Program-made: the position numbers and the translations under genes
Source: Hormiphora californensis
Taxonomy: Eukaryota > Animalia > Ctenophora
Length of the DNA stretch: 64,000 nt
Reading direction: 5' to 3'
NCBI GenBank assembly: GCA_020137815.1
Contig: CM035358.1
Location: forward strand, 4,464,001 to 4,528,000
Notes under the pieces: generated by a model
Database searches by the model: none
Told to the model about the DNA's origin: nothing
Seen by the model: the letters and a program-made list of their open reading frames with translations, nothing else
Shown: positions 60,597-64,000 of the stretch, one piece after another
Layout: every line of letters begins with the position of its first letter
Position numbering within the stretch: the first letter of the stretch is position 1

Positions 60597-63212
60597 TAAT
60601 AATAATAATAATAATATTCCGCGCTTATATACCGCCCATACCCGACGGAAACATGTCAAAATATTGGCGATGTTCCGACGAGTCATCAGAGCGGTATATC
60701 CTAGAGTAAAAATATCGCACACGAACAATTCTGGTTGAAAAAGACAATATATGGAAAACCAAATTAACTGGACTTATCAAACTGGGGGAATAACTGGTCC
60801 CATAAACCTGTAGATATAATTTTAAACACGCTATACTCACACCTGCTCAAAAAAGGATACCAGATAGTGATTTAATAACATGACTAGAGAGAGGATGACA
60901 CCGATTGCCCGCAGACCCCACAACTACAACAAACATTACAACTCAGCCATGGGTTCCCCATCACCCACTCCAAATGCACCAACGAAGAGATGTGTTTTCA
61001 GGCGAGCTTTAAAGGTATCAACGTTGGGGATCGACCTTAACTCGAGGGGTAGCTCATTCCAAATAGCAGGCAGAAATACTGATAGTCTCCTACGTCTCAA
61101 TTTAGAATTGGCGTTGATACTGGTCATCTTGGGGTGTTTTAATCTGTAAGGATCAATAACACTAGTCATCCTTGTTGTCCTGGAGACTCCCCAGCTTTTA
61201 TCAAGAGGAACCATTTCCTGGAGGTAACCTGGTGCCGTTCCATAGACTATCTTATAAGCGATTAGACAGGCTTTGAAGTCCAGTCTGTAGGAGATGGGTA
61301 AAATATGACACTGCCTGAAGTATTCCGAGTAATCCTCTTGATGCCCATGGATGTTGAATATAAAGCGTACACAGGAGTTTAGTGTTTTCTGGAGCCCACC
61401 AAGAACTCGGGCCGGAAGTCCACAGTACAGAATATTACTGTAATCAATCCTCGATATAATCAATTGTTTCACCAACATTATCTTCGTTTGAATATCAAAA
61501 CATCTGTGTAACTGCCAAAGATTCCGTAGTATCAGCCCACACTGTTTCCTCACATTGTTAACCTGTCGTTCAAGATTAAGATTGTGGTCCAAGAGTATTC
61601 CCAAGGTTTTCCCATCTGCTCCACTACATTCACTGGGGAAGATTTCCGTTCCTCCAAAGTTGATAACTGGATCGAAAGAGATTTTACTCAAAGAACTGCG
61701 CTTTCCAAGCAGGATGAATTCCGTTTTGGCCTCATTACACTTCAACCACTGCCCCACCATCCACCGCTTCACTTTCGCCAGACACTCCTCAATATCCACC
61801 TTCGTCCTAGACCAGCCAGTAGAATCCGTAGGAACCAGACTCACATAGAGCTGGGAGTCGTCTGCATATAACTTTATCCGGAGTCCATATGGTTCCACAA
61901 TATCTTGCACAGCTTCAATGTAAAGTAGAAACAAAATAGGACCAAGAAGAGACCCCTGGGGCACTCCACAGAGTAAGGCCAGGGCATCCGAGAGACAATC
62001 ACCAACCGAGACTCTAAAAGATCTGGAACTCAGGTAGCTCTTAAACCATTGAAGAGGATCACCATCCACTCCAAACCGTTTCTGCAACACCTCCAACAAC
62101 TTTTCATGATCCACCGTATCAAATGCGGCACTCATGTCCAAACAGATCAGAGCAACAACATTTCCTTTATCCATCTCACCTAATACATCATCAAACATGC
62201 TGGCTAACAGAGTTTCGCAACTGTGACCAGCACGATAACCGGATTGATGCTTGCCCAGAAGTGAATTGCTTTCAAGGTACTCATTCAGCTGCGTGAGCAC
62301 CACCTTTTCTAGAAGCTTAGAAAGGAATGGGATATTTGAGACAGGACGATAGTTACTGAGAGCTTCCCTATCTCCGTACAGATTCTTGATGGTAGGAAAC
62401 ACGATAGCTTTCTGGAGAGATTCCGCAACTGTAGACTGATGTAGAGATTGGTTTACCATCGATGTTAATACCGGAGCAAGATCCCTAATGCACTCCTTTA
62501 CTACCCAAGTGGGCAACGGATCAAGGTCACAATGTTTGCTTGACATAGACTTCACCACCTTAACAAGTTCCTCCTCCGATATCTCTTTGAATTCCTTCCA
62601 TGTTGAATGACAGGCTTTTCCGGGTTCCTCAAAGTCGCCAGCTTGCCTCTGCTCCTCATTGACTTGGGTTCGAATTTTTTCCACTTTGGAACTAAAGAAC
62701 TGGGAGAAATCATCTGCCAAGTTCTTGGTGTTTGTTGTTTCAGGAAGAATTGTTTCAGCTTTTCCAAGGAGTTTCTGGAGCTTACTTTGCAATTTCTTTG
62801 GGTCACCTTTGGCAGCAACCAAGTCCTCTTTAATGAAAAGTGACCTCTTTTCCCTATCCATCTTTCCATACAGTTTCTTCAGGTCATTAAATCTCCGTTT
62901 CGCATCCACAGTTCCAAGTTTCCGCCAACACCGTTCTGCATTCCTCCTCTCTCGAAGTAATCCTCTAAGTTCCTCATCCCTCCATGGCTTAAACTTTTTA
63001 CCAGTCCTCACCCGTTTCCTCGGTACTCGCTTCTCCACTATACCTTCCAGCCAACGATAGAAATTCACCACGCCCTCCTCTGGATCCCTACCTCCTTCAA
63101 AATCTGCCTTCCGCAAGTCCTCTTTAAATCCTTCCAAATCCACTGACTTGTAATCCATGTATTCTCGATGCACTGATTTCTTCAGACAGGAGTTCGACAG
63201 GTCAGGTCTCAC
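60597..63212 (-). mobile_element. 5'-truncated CR1/L2-group LINE with intact RT-containing ORF2 portion (60936-63212), 3' UTR and (ATT)n tail
   Basis: RT motifs NYRPVSNIPFLSKLLEK, QSGYRAGHSCET, LDMSAAFDTVDH, GVPQGSLLGPILF and YADD; C-terminal WNELP...FKARLKTHLF. The endonuclease is absent. A 3' stem-loop (ATATACCGC...GCGGTATAT) lies just before the tail. Confidence 0.93.
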
Positions 63213-64000
63213 TTGAATTTACCTGATAAATTTACTGATTTTAAAAATTTCAAATGACTAGCGCACCCATTGGGTGCGCCTCAAGTAAGGCCTTTTTGAT
63301 AACCCAACCGGCGAAGCCGGGTGGTTCTTTTCGCCCCTTTCAACGTTAATAACACGGTTACCATGGCAACTGAATTGGTAACTATGGGGACTGGCATGTT
63401 AAAAGTCATTCGAATATATATTAACAAACTTCCATTGGAACATCCAAAAGTGTGAACAGCAGCTTTACAGCTTTGGTCATATGAAGTGTTTTATGAAGGA
63501 GCAGTCTGTCGCTTAGATACCGCCTAACGAACGACCACTTCGACGTTCATCTCCAAATTATAATAGAGATACTACACTATTTGCTTAGTTTACTGTATGA
63601 TCATTGACCATCCCCGACATTCGCCCGTAGGGCGAGCGGGCTTACTAGTTAGAGAGAAATGGAGGAAAGAATATAACGTAATAGAACGTAAGGATGTGCA
63701 ATTTGGCTACAGACATACGAGATACAGGAGATTTACACTGTCTGCAGACAGCGCCAGACCCCGTTTTAATTCTTGACAGTGCGTATAGCACAATATATTG
63801 TTGTCAACAAACAATATACCATGTTATCTCGGAACTCTTTCGTGAGCTGCCAGGCCAATGCTCTGACCACAGTTCTCATTGAAATAAATGAGAATAGGCC
63901 AATGCTCTGACAGTTCGTGAGAGAGCAGAGAGGTGTGTGGAGAATTAGGGCACAAAGAAATCAGAATAATACCAGCATAATTAGGAACAATGTCCCCCAA

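Noticed and set aside
60625-60700. Hammerhead ribozyme suggested by CTGATGA in the LINE 3' UTR
   Set aside because: There is no correctly placed GAAA or stem III; it is better explained as the LINE 3' recognition stem-loop.

Overview
Eukaryotic, intron-rich, repeat-rich genomic DNA, most likely from a ctenophore. This is inferred from a 109-bp MITE translating as '[28 protein letters not shown]', which I recall from Pleurobrachia gene models, and from ctenophore-type GPCR and secreted-domain genes. The left 42 kb holds four minus-strand genes in a row: a cytoplasmic-type actin, TMEM107, IFT22/RABL5 and a multi-exon DYNC2H1 (IFT dynein-2 heavy chain) that runs off the left edge. DYNC2H1 introns host three opposite-strand nested genes, many MITE/foldback elements, a tRNA-derived SINE, and a TSD-flanked retroposon made of ~357-bp monomers plus a (TAGA)n tail. 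A second array of the same monomer lies upstream of actin and ends at the same nucleotide. After a 100-N gap there are remains of a Ty3/Gypsy-like element: a pol C-terminus, then tandem units of a conserved spliced antisense gene and a class III (gB/rhabdovirus/chuvirus-like) envelope glycoprotein. The rest is low-quality sequence, micro/minisatellites and a 5'-truncated CR1/L2-group LINE. All calls come from reading the sequence only; no searches were run.
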